Translations under genes and position numbers: made by a program
In this document: positions 61,826 through 64,000 of the stretch, one piece after another
Layout of the letters: the number at the start of each line of letters is the position of its first letter
Numbering within the stretch: the stretch's first letter is position 1
Assembly (NCBI GenBank): GCA_963851445.1
Contig: CAWKPH010000001.1
Coordinates: forward strand, 425,363-489,362
Reading direction: 5' to 3'
DNA length: 64,000 nucleotides
Source: an uncultured bacterium
Lineage (GTDB): Bacteria; Patescibacteriota; Minisyncoccia; Phycocordibacterales; Phycocordibacteraceae
Notes under the pieces: generated by a model
Told to the model about the DNA's origin: nothing
The model's input: only the letters and a program-made list of their open reading frames with translations
The model's database searches: none

Positions 61826-63946
61826 ATGCTACTACCCGACAACGAAAAGCGAGACATCATAAAGTACATCGAATCCGACACACCATTGCCGGATAAATAT
61901 CGTTTTCAGCTTTTTGAAGACAAGCGAGAAGTAGAACTTGTCTGGAACGGAAAAACGAATGAGGTAACCAACGTAGTCCTTCCATTCCAAATCATCGAAC
62001 AGGTCGATGAGCCTCGCAGCGACAGGGAAATCAAACTCCAGCAATCACTTTTTGATATTGATCCGCGCGGGCGACAGCTGAAGGGATGGACGAATAAGCT
62101 GATCTGGGGAGACAACAAACTTATTCTCTCCAGCCTTAAAAACGGCCCGCTCCGGGATGAAATAGAGGCTCAAGGAGGCATCAAGCTCATTTACATTGAT
62201 CCGCCATTCGATGTCGGTGCAGATTTCTCAATGAGTGTCGAGATTGGCGATGAGGAATTCACCAAAAAGCCAAACGTTCTTGAGGAGCTCGCATATCGAG
62301 ATACATGGGGAAAGGGAGCTGATAGTTTTATTTCCATGATTCATGAGCGTTTGCTCATTATGCGAGATTTACTAGCCGATGATGGTAGTGTATACGTACA
62401 TTGCGACTGGAGAGTGAGCGGCTATTTACGCTTAGTGCTGGATGAGGTCTTTGGAAAAGATCAATTTCAGCGTGAAATAATTTGGTCTATTGAAACCGCT
62501 TCCGGTTTCAAAGCTCAAACTGACAACTGGATCAGAGGTCACGATACGATTTTTTACTATTCAAAAACAGGTTCCCCAACCTTCAATAAGGAGTTTTTCG
62601 TGCTCGATGAAAAGACAATTCGTCGTTACGACAAAACTGACACGGACGGAAAACGCTATAAGGTTTATTACAACGCTGATGGATCAGAACGCAGAGTGTA
62701 TCTCGATACTTCCAAGGGACGTCCAGTTACTGATACATGGACTGATATCATAGGCTTTCAAACTGTAAATAATACAGGAGAATATCTTGACTATCCTACA
62801 CAGAAGCCCGAGGCTTTAATTGAACGTATCATCAAGGCATCCTCTAATGAAGGAGACCTTGTCGCTGATTTTTTCTGTGGCTCTGGTACAACACTTTCTG
62901 TTGCTGAAAAACTTGGTCGCAAATGGATCGGTTCAGACCTCGGCAAGTTTGCGATTCATACTGCACGTAAACGCATGATCGGCGTTCAGCGCCAGCTAAG
63001 AAAAGAAGATAAGAATTTTCGCGCATTCGAGATACTCAACCTCGGCAAGTACGAGCGACAGCATTATATTGGAGTAAATACCAATCTAAACAACGAAGAT
63101 CAGGAAAGACAATTAGCTCGCAAAGAAAAAGATTTTATTTCACTCGTCCTCTCTGCCTATAAAGCAGAAGAAATTGACGGATTCAAGACATTCTATGGCA
63201 AGAAGAATTCTCGGCTGGTAGCAATCGGTCCGATCAATCTGCCACTCTCACGTCTCTTTGTCGAGGAAATAATCAAAGAGTGTCAAGAAAAGCAACTTAC
63301 TAAGGTCGATATTCTGGCCTTTGAATTCGAAATGGGACTCTTCCCAAATATTCAAGAAGAAGCAAAAGATAAGGGAATCGACCTCGGCTTAAAATATATT
63401 CCGCGCGATGTTTTCGATAAGCGTGCAATCGAGAAGAATCAAGTGGTCTTCAACGATGTTTCGTATATCGAGGTTAAGCCGATTGTGAAAAAGCGTACTT
63501 TGTCGATCGAACTTGCTGATTTCTCAGTCTTTTATAATCAGGATTCACTAAAGGAAGTCGAAGAAAACCTCAAGGCCGGCGGCAAAAAGCTCCTTATTGA
63601 AAACGGCCAAATAATCAAGGTTTCAAAAGACAAAGACGGAATTCTTGAACGCGAAGTGCTCACTAAAAAATGGACTGACTGGATCGATTATTGGGCAATC
63701 GACTTTAACTTCGAAAGCAAAAAGGAGATCATTCGGATTAAGGGGAAAGATGGAGAAACTCAAGATTTCTGGACAGGTGACTACGTGTTCGAAAATGAAT
63801 GGCAGACATTTAGAACAAAGAAAGATCGAAGTCTTGAGCTCACGAGCACACCGCGAGAGATTGACTCCGGAAAGCGAAAAATCGCAATTAAAGTAGTCGA
63901 TATTTTCGGCAACGACACAATGAAAGTGATCGAGGTCACAATATAA
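61826..63946 (+). CDS. beta-class adenine-specific DNA methyltransferase (Type III Mod-like) with about 340-aa C-terminal extension
   Basis: Motif IV IYIDPPF, then YPTQKPEALIERII and motif I DLVADFFCGSGTT in beta-class order. 4 nt after the Fic stop, so likely an operon. Long uncharacterised C-terminal region. Confidence 0.7.
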   Translation: MLLPDNEKRDIIKYIESDTPLPDKYRFQLFEDKREVELVWNGKTNEVTNVVLPFQIIEQVDEPRSDREIKLQQSLFDIDPRGRQLKGWTNKLIWGDNKLILSSLKNGPLRDEIEAQGGIKLIYIDPPFDVGADFSMSVEIGDEEFTKKPNVLEELAYRDTWGKGADSFISMIHERLLIMRDLLADDGSVYVHCDWRVSGYLRLVLDEVFGKDQFQREIIWSIETASGFKAQTDNWIRGHDTIFYYSKTGSPTFNKEFFVLDEKTIRRYDKTDTDGKRYKVYYNADGSERRVYLDTSKGRPVTDTWTDIIGFQTVNNTGEYLDYPTQKPEALIERIIKASSNEGDLVADFFCGSGTTLSVAEKLGRKWIGSDLGKFAIHTARKRMIGVQRQLRKEDKNFRAFEILNLGKYERQHYIGVNTNLNNEDQERQLARKEKDFISLVLSAYKAEEIDGFKTFYGKKNSRLVAIGPINLPLSRLFVEEIIKECQEKQLTKVDILAFEFEMGLFPNIQEEAKDKGIDLGLKYIPRDVFDKRAIEKNQVVFNDVSYIEVKPIVKKRTLSIELADFSVFYNQDSLKEVEENLKAGGKKLLIENGQIIKVSKDKDGILEREVLTKKWTDWIDYWAIDFNFESKKEIIRIKGKDGETQDFWTGDYVFENEWQTFRTKKDRSLELTSTPREIDSGKRKIAIKVVDIFGNDTMKVIEVTI

Positions 63947-63950
63947 ATCT

Positions 63951-64000
63951 ATGGCACTTCATCAAAAATTTCCAAAATCTCCATACGCGATTCTTGATCC
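63951..64000 (+). CDS. 5' end of next gene (truncated by window), possibly the cognate restriction/helicase subunit
   Basis: ATG 4 nt after the MTase stop. Only 16 codons visible (MALHQKFPKSPYAILD). Confidence 0.2.
   Translation, partial: MALHQKFPKSPYAILD

Overview
This window has three parts. (1) Positions 1-36.5 kb are a chromosomal segment of a small-genome bacterium. The mix of glycosyltransferases, a giant surface protein and few recognisable regulators hints at CPR/Patescibacteria, but I cannot place it. It carries a cell-envelope glycan gene cluster at 0.3-12.5 kb: two GT4, two GT2 including a GtrB-like polyprenyl-phosphate sugar transferase, a GT9-like enzyme, three SAM methyltransferases (one fused to a GtrA domain), a Wzx-like flippase, a DUF2334-like deacetylase and an O-antigen-ligase-like protein with TPR repeats. 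Housekeeping genes follow: murB, secA (interrupted by a frameshift), obg, gatB and gap. Two consecutive membrane proteins share a paralogous N-terminal HTH_17-like module. The second is a 4,545-aa repeat protein with YadA/Hep_Hag-like repeats, long exact internal DNA repeats, a DUF5011 Ig-like domain and a poly-Ser tail. (2) Positions 36.55-60.75 kb are a phage-derived element of about 24 kb, with slightly higher GC and every gene on the + strand. It contains a SymE/AbrB-like protein, a Sak4-like ATPase, a replication initiator, RusA, a ParB-nuclease-domain DNA methyltransferase, small and large terminase, portal, scaffold, capsid, tail and tail-fibre proteins, a LysM protein, a holin and an endolysin. 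No integrase or tRNA is visible, and nearly every large gene carries +/-1 frameshifts. That points either to a decaying cryptic prophage or to localized consensus errors. (3) Positions 60.7-64.0 kb carry a class II Fic gene co-transcribed with a beta-class Mod-like adenine DNA methyltransferase that has a long C-terminal extension. A possible res partner is cut off at the window edge. I found no rRNA, tRNA or CRISPR. All calls rest on motif reading; no database searches were run.
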